Assembly (NCBI GenBank): GCA_963681965.1
Contig: OY820579.1
Location: 2,912,001 to 2,976,000 of the forward strand
Length of the DNA: 64,000 bases
Direction: 5' to 3'
Origin: a bacterium
Lineage (GTDB): Bacteria; Electryoneota; JAOADG01
Translations under genes and position numbers: made by a program
The notes under the pieces: generated by a model
Databases searched by the model: none
What the model was told of the DNA's origin: nothing
The model's input: only the letters and a program-made list of their open reading frames with translations
Part shown: one piece after another, positions 51,895 to 59,848 of the stretch
Layout of the letters: the number at the start of each line of letters is the position of its first letter
Numbering within the stretch: the first letter of the stretch is position 1

Positions 51895-53307
51895 CTATTT
51901 CACTAATTCGATTTGCTGTACTTGATTGATAGTCGGGGTTGAAAGCCTAACAAAATAGGTTCCTGAAGATAATCCCGCACAATCGATCGGTATCGAATAG
52001 GATCCGGCAGAATACTGCTGGATTGGCAATTGAATCTGTACTTTCCCAAGTAGGTCAATTACCTGGAGCGAAACTCGATCCGGTCGAGTTAGCTGGATTG
52101 GAGCTATTATCGTTGAGTTAAACGGGTTCGGATAACATGGCGATAAAGTCGTCAACTGTGGCAAATTACACGGTTTTGTTTCGGTTACTTCGAGTAATCC
52201 CTGAGAGGATAAATGCGTCAATAATAAATCGGTTCCCGAAGTGCCGGTTACGATGTAATCACTGCTAGAGGTCTGTGCGATACCATAACCTGTTTGTGAG
52301 TAGAACTCGCGTTCGTAAGTGCGTTGCCATTGTTCCTGATTTGTCGAATTTACTTTGCCGATCCAGAGTAGGAACCGCCCGGATGCAGCCTGCTGAAACC
52401 CGGTTAGAACTGCACCACCATCAGCGGTCAGAGTGCCGTGATACGCCCAACCATACAGCATTGTAAACTCGTGTCGATCGGTTTCGATACCACTCGAATT
52501 CGTACGAATGATTACCGGCATTGAGGAATCGGCATGAGATACATAGCCGAAAATTGCGTATCCACCACTCGGTATGAGTGACAAACCGAATGGCACATCC
52601 ATCCTGTTTTCACCAAATTGCCTCCCCCATTGCACTGAACCGGAGGCATCAGTATGAATCAGCCAGATATTGTAATCGGTGGTGCTGCTCTGCATATACG
52701 CAGTTATCATATACCCACCCTCTGGAGCTTGCACGACGCCGTAACCGCAGGTAGATCCCGTCGCGTGAAGATTGGTCAGCCATTGCTGATTTCCAAGTGA
52801 GTCTACTTTGAGTAACAGAATATCAGTACCGGCATTCACTACCATCGAACCTGTAATGATGAAGCCGTGATCGTCAGTGGGAGCGATTGCCAGACCAGTG
52901 CAAGCAGGTACTCGACCATTGTACAAACGGGTCCAGATCGTATCTCCGGAAAGATTCATCTTGTACAAGTACACATAATTCAGCGTTTGCCTAAAAGCGT
53001 CGCCGACGACAACAAATTGCGTTGAATTGACCGACAGGACATTGTTCGCATGCTCGGTACTATCTAGAATTTTTGTCCAAATGGTATCACCATTGCTATT
53101 GGTTCGAATCAACCAACTGTCATAGTTGTACCGGGCAGTGCTGCCAACCGCTAAAAAACCTCCATCGGATAGCGGAATTACTTTGCTGCCAGCATCGGCA
53201 CTGCTGCGATGATAATTCCGAGACCAATATGATTGTGCCAACACTGCTTGCGAGAAGAACAAAGCAAAGACAACGATTAGAATGCTGAATCGATGATCGT
53301 AACGCAT
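51895..53307 (-). CDS. Secreted beta-propeller repeat protein with T9SS-type CTD
   Basis: Repeats DGG(F/Y)xxxG...D(I/S)WL(I/L)(R/K)TDxxGxxxW; YPNPFN; ATG 53307 with GAGG RBS. Confidence 0.85.
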   Translation of the reverse strand: MRYDHRFSILIVVFALFFSQAVLAQSYWSRNYHRSSADAGSKVIPLSDGGFLAVGSTARYNYDSWLIRTNSNGDTIWTKILDSTEHANNVLSVNSTQFVVVGDAFRQTLNYVYLYKMNLSGDTIWTRLYNGRVPACTGLAIAPTDDHGFIITGSMVVNAGTDILLLKVDSLGNQQWLTNLHATGSTCGYGVVQAPEGGYMITAYMQSSTTDYNIWLIHTDASGSVQWGRQFGENRMDVPFGLSLIPSGGYAIFGYVSHADSSMPVIIRTNSSGIETDRHEFTMLYGWAYHGTLTADGGAVLTGFQQAASGRFLLWIGKVNSTNQEQWQRTYEREFYSQTGYGIAQTSSSDYIVTGTSGTDLLLTHLSSQGLLEVTETKPCNLPQLTTLSPCYPNPFNSTIIAPIQLTRPDRVSLQVIDLLGKVQIQLPIQQYSAGSYSIPIDCAGLSSGTYFVRLSTPTINQVQQIELVK

Positions 53308-53545
53308 GTTAACCTCATGATAAAACAACTACCGAATAAACTTGAATAGTATGAATTTATCAAGTTACCTATTCCAATTCTATCAAACAATGATTTTATC
53401 CATGTGACAAACAATATTTTGGTTTTCTAGGGCAATTTTTGCGACCGATCGGTCGGAATAATTACTACTATCTCCTCTGGAAATGGTAATTTTATCAATT
53501 AGGAAATGAGTTTCGTATAATTGAACAAGATAGAGGAATGATACA

Positions 53546-53761
53546 ATGAAGGGAAAAGTTGCCATTATGAAGGAAATCGGATTATACGTCCTAATTGTCG
53601 CGGCGTGGTTTGCTTTGCAGCGTTGGATCTTACCACGTATGGGGGTCTCGACTTGAGCTTCTCAAGCCTGTGCTCCGGCGGAGACACAATCCAATACGAA
53701 AGCAATCGAAACAAAATCACTACCAAGTCATAACCAAATAAATTCTGCAGATGTAAAATAA
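53546..53761 (+). CDS. Candidate small membrane selenoprotein (71 aa; in-frame TGA at 53654-53656)
   Basis: GAGG RBS; MKGKVAIMKEIGLYVLIVAAWFALQRWILPRMGVST-U-ASQACAPAETQSNTKAIETKSLPSHNQINSADVK-TAA; SECIS-like hairpin; terminator immediately after the TAA. Confidence 0.65.
53669..53688 (+). promoter_or_regulatory. Bacterial SECIS-like hairpin
   Basis: TGTGCTCC-GGC-GGAG(A)CACA starting 12 nt after the UGA; G-led apical loop about 20 nt from the UGA. Confidence 0.6.
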
Positions 53762-53786
53762 AAAAAGGGGCATCATTGATGCCCCT
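53761..53786. terminator. Hairpin between convergent genes
   Basis: A-run followed by AGGGGCATCA-T-TGATGCCCCT. Confidence 0.7.
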
Positions 53787-53804
53787 AATTAACGTTTTGA
53801 AAGA

Positions 53805-54293
53805 TTATCTCTCGTCAGGATCTGCCATGGGTTTCGGACCTCGACCTGCCCAAGGCGGTGGACCCATTGGGTTATCACAACGAGGACCCATCGGGCAATC
53901 GCCTCTCATTGCACCAGGACCAAAAACAGGACCACGTCCCTTTCGCATACCGGGGTGCATTCCACGATTCATGCGGGGATGCGGAGCCGCTGCACCAAGA
54001 TGATGTCGCGCTTTTACCAGTTCGCCCTCGGCTTCAGCTTCTTTTCCCTCTTTCAACAACTTCTTCGCGTTGTCGATATCTTTCTGAGCATTCTTCATCG
54101 CTTCTTCGCGCAGCTCTTCCATCGCTTTCATCCGAATCGACATTTTCTCAAGTCGCTTTTCCCAGTTGTCGATTCTTTCTTTTACCGATGGTGGATCTTT
54201 TTTATCCGGCATTTTCTTGTCGTCGCCAGCCAGTGCTCCTGTTACCCAACCCAACGCGAGAACCATCGCGAATAGGATCATATACTTCTTCAT
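53805..54293 (-). CDS. Exported coiled-coil protein with Gly/Met/Pro/Arg-rich tail (Spy/CpxP-like composition)
   Basis: Signal peptide, charged helical core, low-complexity C-terminus; GGAGG RBS. Confidence 0.7.
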   Translation of the reverse strand: MKKYMILFAMVLALGWVTGALAGDDKKMPDKKDPPSVKERIDNWEKRLEKMSIRMKAMEELREEAMKNAQKDIDNAKKLLKEGKEAEAEGELVKARHHLGAAAPHPRMNRGMHPGMRKGRGPVFGPGAMRGDCPMGPRCDNPMGPPPWAGRGPKPMADPDER

Positions 54294-54422
54294 GGTTTCC
54301 TCCCAATTTCCGTTACTTCGATTTTCTATAACGAAATTAACTTAATCCAGTTAATCTTCGATCAGTATTGCGGTCATCTGAGGATATGACATCGGGAATA
54401 AAAAATCCGTTTAATTTACCGG

Positions 54423-55268
54423 TTAAGCCACATCAGGCTTGGTTTTCGCGACCAGTACCGGACACTTCGAAGTACGCACTACCCGGTCGGCAGTCGATCC
54501 GATTAAGAGATCTTTCATTCCACCCGATCCATGCGGTCCAATCACGATTAAATCGATTTGATTTTCGTCTGCGACCTTCACTAATTCGCGATGAGCGATG
54601 CCGTGAGAAACATGATGAATAGGCGAATCGACGATGTGAATATTCGCTTCGAAATTGCCGAAGGCATCGTTGACTGTCGCTTCGGCATTCGGTACCAGAT
54701 TCTTCAGCGACGGAAATTCGAATGGAGTTCCTTCTAGAACGCCGCTTTCAATGATATGCATGACATGAATTTCGGCACTACATTTCGCCGCAATCAGATT
54801 CGCCCATTCCAAAGCATAATGCGATTGCAACGAGAAATCTACACCGACGAGAATTTTCTTGATCCCTTCCCACTTGCGAAGGGCTGAGTGCGGTGTAACA
54901 AGCAGAACGGGGATATTGGCAAACCGGAGAATGCGTTCAGTGATCGAGCCCAGCATCCACTTCGCGAGTGGAGTACGTCCGTGGGTACCCATCACAGTCA
55001 TGATCGGAGGGAATTCGGTAAATTCTTTCAACGCCAAATCGGCGATATCGTTGCCATCGGTCATCTGAACTTGAAATCCGATTCCAAGTTCTTCCGCTAG
55101 CTTCGCAAAAGGTTTCAATACACTGCTGTGTGGTTCGGATTGTTTCGGATGGCGACCGTGAAAAATTACCAGATCCGATTGAAACGACTGCGCTAAGGTC
55201 AGTGCAACCGGAAACGCTGCTTGTGAGGTCTCTCCAAAGTCGGAAGGAAAAAATATATGCCGTGCCAT
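54423..55268 (-). CDS. Tandem-domain universal stress protein
   Basis: VMGTHGRT...LGSITERILR; ILVGVDFS; IVIGPHG...IGSTADRVVRTSKCPVLV. Confidence 0.9.
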   Translation of the reverse strand: MARHIFFPSDFGETSQAAFPVALTLAQSFQSDLVIFHGRHPKQSEPHSSVLKPFAKLAEELGIGFQVQMTDGNDIADLALKEFTEFPPIMTVMGTHGRTPLAKWMLGSITERILRFANIPVLLVTPHSALRKWEGIKKILVGVDFSLQSHYALEWANLIAAKCSAEIHVMHIIESGVLEGTPFEFPSLKNLVPNAEATVNDAFGNFEANIHIVDSPIHHVSHGIAHRELVKVADENQIDLIVIGPHGSGGMKDLLIGSTADRVVRTSKCPVLVAKTKPDVA

Positions 55269-55304
55269 CTCGCCACCTTTCCCGATCTGGCACAGCCAAT
55301 ACTT

Positions 55305-56138
55305 TTACTTACAGGAACGCCGTGCCGCGTCGATTGTCGCTATTTGCTGTAATACTTGTTCGAACAATTCAGGTGTTAACATATTCGGTCCATCGGAAGG
55401 GGATTGATCGGGATTCGGATGTGCTTCGAGAAAGACACCCTCAACGCCATGCGCGATCGCTGCACGCACCAATCCTGCTACTTCCCGTCGATCACCCCCG
55501 GTACTCCCCCCACTTCCACCAGGACGCTGAACTGAATGTGTCCCATCGAAGATCGTCGGGCAACCTAACTGACGCATTCTCTCTAAATTACGCATATCAA
55601 CCACGAGTTCGCGATAGCCAAACGAAGTTCCTCGCTCTGTAAGTAAGATTCGGTCGCTTCCACCGGCTGAAACTTTATCGATTGCCCCTCGGAGGTCGTC
55701 GGGATGGAGAAATTGTCCCTTCTTGATATTAACGGCTTTGCCGGTCGAACCAGCCGCCATCAGGAGTCGGGTCTGTCGGCACAGAAATGCGGGAATTTGA
55801 AGAATATCAACAACTTCAGCTACGGAGGCACATTCATTGCTTTCGTGCACATCGGTCAGTACCGGTACTCCGAAAGTGGATTTCACTTTGGCAAGAATCG
55901 ATAACCCCTCATCGAGTCCGGGACCGCGAATCGCCTGAGCCGAAGTGCGGTTGGCTTTTTCATAACTCGCTTTAAAGACGAAACCGAATGGGAATTTCGA
56001 CACGATCTTGATCAGTTGCTCTGCCCATTTCAGCGTGAAATCCTCTTCCTCCAGCACACACGGTCCGGCAATAATCAGGAGCGGTGCATCGCCTCCGACT
56101 TCTACTCCCGGTGCAATTTCCCAACGTTTCGTGATCAT
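55305..56138 (-). CDS. kdsA: KDO 8-phosphate synthase
   Basis: IAGPCVLE, FKASYEKANRTS, QIPAFLCRQT, NIKKGQF, ERGTSFGY, DGTHSVQRPG. Confidence 0.95.
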   Translation of the reverse strand: MITKRWEIAPGVEVGGDAPLLIIAGPCVLEEEDFTLKWAEQLIKIVSKFPFGFVFKASYEKANRTSAQAIRGPGLDEGLSILAKVKSTFGVPVLTDVHESNECASVAEVVDILQIPAFLCRQTRLLMAAGSTGKAVNIKKGQFLHPDDLRGAIDKVSAGGSDRILLTERGTSFGYRELVVDMRNLERMRQLGCPTIFDGTHSVQRPGGSGGSTGGDRREVAGLVRAAIAHGVEGVFLEAHPNPDQSPSDGPNMLTPELFEQVLQQIATIDAARRSCK

Positions 56139-57136
56139 AGTTGATGCTCCCGCGACGGCAGACCTGCCGCCAAAAGGTCGTGAAGCCGCAACATTCCGAC
56201 CGGTTCCCGATTCTCATTGACCACTGGTAATACCGAAATCTGCGAAGGGCGGTCTTCCATCAGTTTCAATGCATCCAGCGCTAACATCTCGGAATTGATT
56301 GTGGTCGGCGATTTCGTCATCAGATCGATGATCGGTAATTCGATAGCGGCAGCGCCATATTTCCGGATGGCTCGACGAAGATCGCCATCAGTGAAGAAGC
56401 CCGCCAATTGACCGGTTTGAAAGACGATCGAGACCGCACCCAGTGGGATTGCGGTGAGCATTTCGATTGCGTCGCGTAATTTGGAATTATCGAGAATGAC
56501 CGGATTTTCATTCCCGACATGCATTAGGTCGGACACCTTCAACAACAGCTTCTTGCCCAAAGCACCACCGGGATGCAGCATCGCGAAATCGACTGGTTTA
56601 AAATTGCGTTCATTCAATAAAACAACCGCGATTGCATCGCCGAGAGCGAGGGTTGCCGTTGTCGAACTGGTGGGAGCGAGACCGCTGAGACCGGCTTCCG
56701 GTGCCGACCCGAGATTCAACGAGAGATCGCAGCCGCGCGCCAATTCGGAGTTGGGATTGGCAGTAATCGCAATGGTGCTGGCACCAATCCGTTTCAAAAC
56801 TGGCAGGATCGCGAGCAATTCTTCAGTCTCACCCGATTTTGAAAGCAGGATGCAGACATCTTTCGGACGAACGACACCCACGTCGCCGTGCAGCCCTTCA
56901 GTCGGATGGAGGAAAATCGATAGGGTGCCGGTAGAGGCGAGTGTCGCGGCGATTTTGCGCGCCACCAGTCCCGATTTACCAATACCGGTAACAATTACTT
57001 TGCCATCGGTAGCGAGGATCAATTCGATCGCACGAGCGAAGTTGTCGTCGATTGCCTGTTCCAGTGCATCGAGCGCGGCGCGTTCCATCCGCACCACTTC
57101 ACGTGCCTGAGTCAGAATGTCTTGAACTGGTTTCAT
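56135..57136 (-). CDS. kdsD: Arabinose 5-phosphate isomerase (SIS plus CBS domains)
   Basis: TGIGKSG, HPTEGLHGD, SKSGETEE, APTSSTTATLALGDA, HPGGALG. Confidence 0.95.
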   Translation of the reverse strand: MKPVQDILTQAREVVRMERAALDALEQAIDDNFARAIELILATDGKVIVTGIGKSGLVARKIAATLASTGTLSIFLHPTEGLHGDVGVVRPKDVCILLSKSGETEELLAILPVLKRIGASTIAITANPNSELARGCDLSLNLGSAPEAGLSGLAPTSSTTATLALGDAIAVVLLNERNFKPVDFAMLHPGGALGKKLLLKVSDLMHVGNENPVILDNSKLRDAIEMLTAIPLGAVSIVFQTGQLAGFFTDGDLRRAIRKYGAAAIELPIIDLMTKSPTTINSEMLALDALKLMEDRPSQISVLPVVNENREPVGMLRLHDLLAAGLPSREHQL

Positions 57137-57260
57137 GATCTTACCAATCAGTCTGAGAGTAATTTGAAAAGCGTTCCAAGATACGAATTTCCTCGCAATC
57201 GGGGAAAGGTGGCGGGATAAAAAATCAACAATTGAGAAAACAAGGGATGAATCTGCTTTA

Positions 57261-57702
57261 GTATGGGCGACCCACTGCGGTCGCCCACATATCTTAGTGG
57301 TTGGAATTTATTCCGACCACCTCTTGTGTCTTTCATGTTTTAATGAGGGAGGCCCACCGCGGCCTTCCGTTCTTGTATCCTCTACCTTGTGGTAGGGGCG
57401 TTCCTACACGTCCGCCCTTATCCGTTGATGATACTCGATTATTGACGGATTCACACATTGAAATATTTTTCGTATCCGCGTGATGTCTTTCAGACATCAC
57501 GTTTCGGGCGGTTCGCGAACCGCCCCTACCCAAGAAGATCCGGGCGACCTATCGCGGTCGCCCACCATTTATTCCGTAGGTCGGGCACTCTTGCCCGACT
57601 CTTTTCTGTCTCTTGTATCCTGATTATGTCTTTGCGAGGACCGAAGCGCAGGAACGTGCGTTAGCTAACGGACTTCCGAAGCGTAGTGACAAAGCAAACT
57701 CC
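57261..57702. repeat. Cluster of heterogeneous REP-like palindromes
   Basis: GGGCGACC..GGTCGCCC (57261, 57541), GTAGGGGCG..CGCCC (57392, 57505 reversed), GTAGGTCGGGCA..TGCCCGAC (57576), CGTGATGTCT..AGACATCACG (57479), GTCTTTGCGAG..AAGCAAACTC (57627). Confidence 0.75.
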
Positions 57703-57842
57703 TCATTTTCTGTTTGAGCATCTTGGACAGACACTACGCCGATAATTCTACAGATTTCAATAATTTCTGTATGTAACCTCTCTTTACTTGAAATCAACTA
57801 ACACGCTCCGTAATTTGTTGAATAAAATAATCTGTGCATCGA

Positions 57843-57995
57843 ATGAGCACTCGGTTCGAAAAATATCAACGATGATAAGGAGAACGGATCGGCGTCTTCC
57901 TCTATGTGGACGAGTATCAGAAGATTCTCGTCCAGTTGGGAGAATTGGATGAAATTAGCGCTTTCGATAAATCTGTAAGAATAAAAAGAGCCTGA
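57843..57995 (+). pseudogene. Decayed type II antitoxin-like gene
   Basis: MSTRFEKYQR**GERIGVFLYVDEYQKILVQLGELDEISAFDK; resembles the 'YITDxxGERxxVxLxxEEYExLLExLEELED' small antitoxin pattern, with two in-frame stops. Confidence 0.5.
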
Positions 57996-58041
57996 AAGTT
58001 AATTTTAATTAGCACAATACAATATTTTAACAAGGAATTTT

Positions 58042-58698
58042 ATGCAAAGCATAGGGAACTTCTTATTATCTGCACTAAAAAGCCTTTTTAATCACAAGAT
58101 TAACATTGAAATTGATGATAAAAAATATCCTCTCAATTTATTGATGATGTTAATTTTTGCATTTGTCTTGGGAATTTTTGTAGGCATAAAATATTTTTCT
58201 CCATTTTATCATAATATTAGTAAAGATTCACTATCAGTTTCAAAAGTAGCTGAGAATCGGAAAAATCTACCTCAACTTGTTGAGTTTAATGCTGACAAGC
58301 TATCTTTAGAATCTAGAGAACTTGGTCAAAATATTGGATTAAAAGAAATTAATGTTTCATGTAGAGTAATTAATTGCCAGATTAAAATTAATGCTATTAC
58401 TTATTTCTTCTCCCCAAATTACTTAGAATCATGGAGTGGAATGAGTAAATCTGTAGTTCAATTCAATACTGATTCAACAGTGATATCTAGTCAATCAAAT
58501 ATTAAAATATTTATTAATTTTGATGAACTCCCCAAGAGTTTGGCATCACTTCACAAATATGATCCTTCTAATAATGACAAAATAATAGGCACTTTAGATT
58601 TTACTGCTACTTTCGAATATTTAGATTCCATACCTGCTATAATCGATACAAAAAGTTTTCAATCGATAGTTTGTTTAACGAATAATCATCGCAAATAA
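58042..58698 (+). CDS. AT-rich orphan membrane-anchored protein
   Basis: 218-aa ORF, AAGGA RBS, one TM helix; very low GC (14/60 at 58081-58140). Confidence 0.75.
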   Translation: MQSIGNFLLSALKSLFNHKINIEIDDKKYPLNLLMMLIFAFVLGIFVGIKYFSPFYHNISKDSLSVSKVAENRKNLPQLVEFNADKLSLESRELGQNIGLKEINVSCRVINCQIKINAITYFFSPNYLESWSGMSKSVVQFNTDSTVISSQSNIKIFINFDELPKSLASLHKYDPSNNDKIIGTLDFTATFEYLDSIPAIIDTKSFQSIVCLTNNHRK

Positions 58699-58800
58699 TT
58701 TTTGTTTAACAATTTCTACATATAAAACACCACTCTATCCATTTTTGTGATCGGGATTTTTTCTTGGAGGCGGCAAAAATCAAACCTACATAAATCAGTG

Positions 58801-59143
58801 CGTAAGGCTTCCGTCCGAACGGATGTCTGCAAGACATCCCGCAGATGTGAAAAAGAATAGATTGCGACACTGCGCTTCGCTTCGTTCGCAACGACAAATC
58901 AGGATAGACGCATTTCCGACCGTAGGGGCGCATGGCATACGCCCGAACGGGATGTCTGCAAGACATCCCGCAAATGTAAAAAAAGAATAGATTGCGACAC
59001 TACGCTTCGTTTCGTTCGCAATGACAAGAAACAAATCGTATTTGCGAGCAATGACCGGCGTCAGGCGCTGCCTGCCGCTTGGGGGCGAATGCGATTCGCC
59101 CCTACGAAAAAGAAACAGATAGCGGACTAAAGTCCAACGCTAC
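58801..59143. repeat. Second palindrome cluster with a tandemly duplicated ~84-bp composite unit
   Basis: 58815-58897 closely matches 58943-59027; also GTAG-REPs at 58922 and 59081-59105 and GTAGCGTTGGACTTTAGTCCG (reversed, ~59123-59143). Confidence 0.8.
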
Positions 59144-59196
59144 AAAAAGAAGATGACAAGATAAAAAGTTAAAAGCCATATGTTCGCCCTGCTACC

Positions 59197-59226
59197 AAAA
59201 AAACCGACTATTCACATAGTCGGTTT
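59197..59226 (-). terminator. Intrinsic terminator after tmRNA
   Basis: AAACCGACTA-loop-TAGTCGGTTT with T-run on the minus strand. Confidence 0.75.
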
Positions 59227-59228
59227 AG

Positions 59229-59592
59229 TGGAGGCGGTGGGAATCGAACCCACGTCCGAAGTTAGGTCACCGTTCAATCTACAGGCTTAGGACCGGTATT
59301 ATTTCTCGCTACTCGGGGAGCACTGGTCCGGCTTCCGAATAACCAGCCACCTGAAGTTTTCGAGGGACGCCCGGTGGCGCACGTCCCCTTAGCCCATCGA
59401 AACGACGGCTGTGCCGAACCGGTTAGGCGCGGGTTCGGTTCGCCGAGCGCTTATATCTCTTTAGAGATTAAGCTGCCAGTGCATACGAGTAATCGTTGGC
59501 ACTTCTGAGTGTGGTTGCGTTTTGACGAGGGACAACCATCCCCGGCCTGCATGAATCGACCCCCGTAACCCCGTCGAAGCCAAGTCGCCCCC
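59229..59592 (-). ncRNA. ssrA: tmRNA; tag peptide ANDYSYALAA
   Basis: 5' GGGGGCGACTTGGCTTCGAC; 3' GTGGGTTCGATTCCCACCGCCTCCA; internal GCC AAC GAT TAC TCG TAT GCA CTG GCA GCT TAA. Confidence 0.95.
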
Positions 59593-59628
59593 CGGTTGAT
59601 ACTGGTCAAAATCGTGTGAAACTGATCG

Positions 59629-59671
59629 ATTGCCACGTCATTCGCCTGACGGCGAATTCCTCGCAATGACA
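59629..59671. repeat. GATTGC...CTCGCAATGACA-type palindromic repeat
   Basis: GATTGCCACGTCATTCGCCTGACGGCGAATTCCTCGCAATGACA has the same end motifs as the units at 58860 and 58990. Confidence 0.6.
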
Positions 59672-59848
59672 GATTATCGACACTCATTTGATAAGAGTCA
59701 TCATATAGTACGGCGGTTGCAGTCGTTCTGCAATAAATTCCAGAATTGGGAATAGGAGCGTGAGAAAGGTATGACATTCGCTCATCGGCGTTTATGTCGA
59801 ACCGGTAAATAAGACAAAAGAGACTCACTGATTCGTAAGTTAATACGA

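Noticed and set aside
56454-57110. 218-aa + strand ORF and similar long antisense ORFs elsewhere
   Set aside because: Antisense shadows of well-supported genes (here kdsD).
58706-59034. ORFs of 79-86 aa with internal repeats
   Set aside because: They are translations of the duplicated palindromic unit, not plausible genes.
57261-59143. Possible CRISPR array or integron attC array
   Set aside because: The repeats are heterogeneous palindromes without constant length or unique spacers. No cas or intI gene is present and I saw no consistent attC-type ends.
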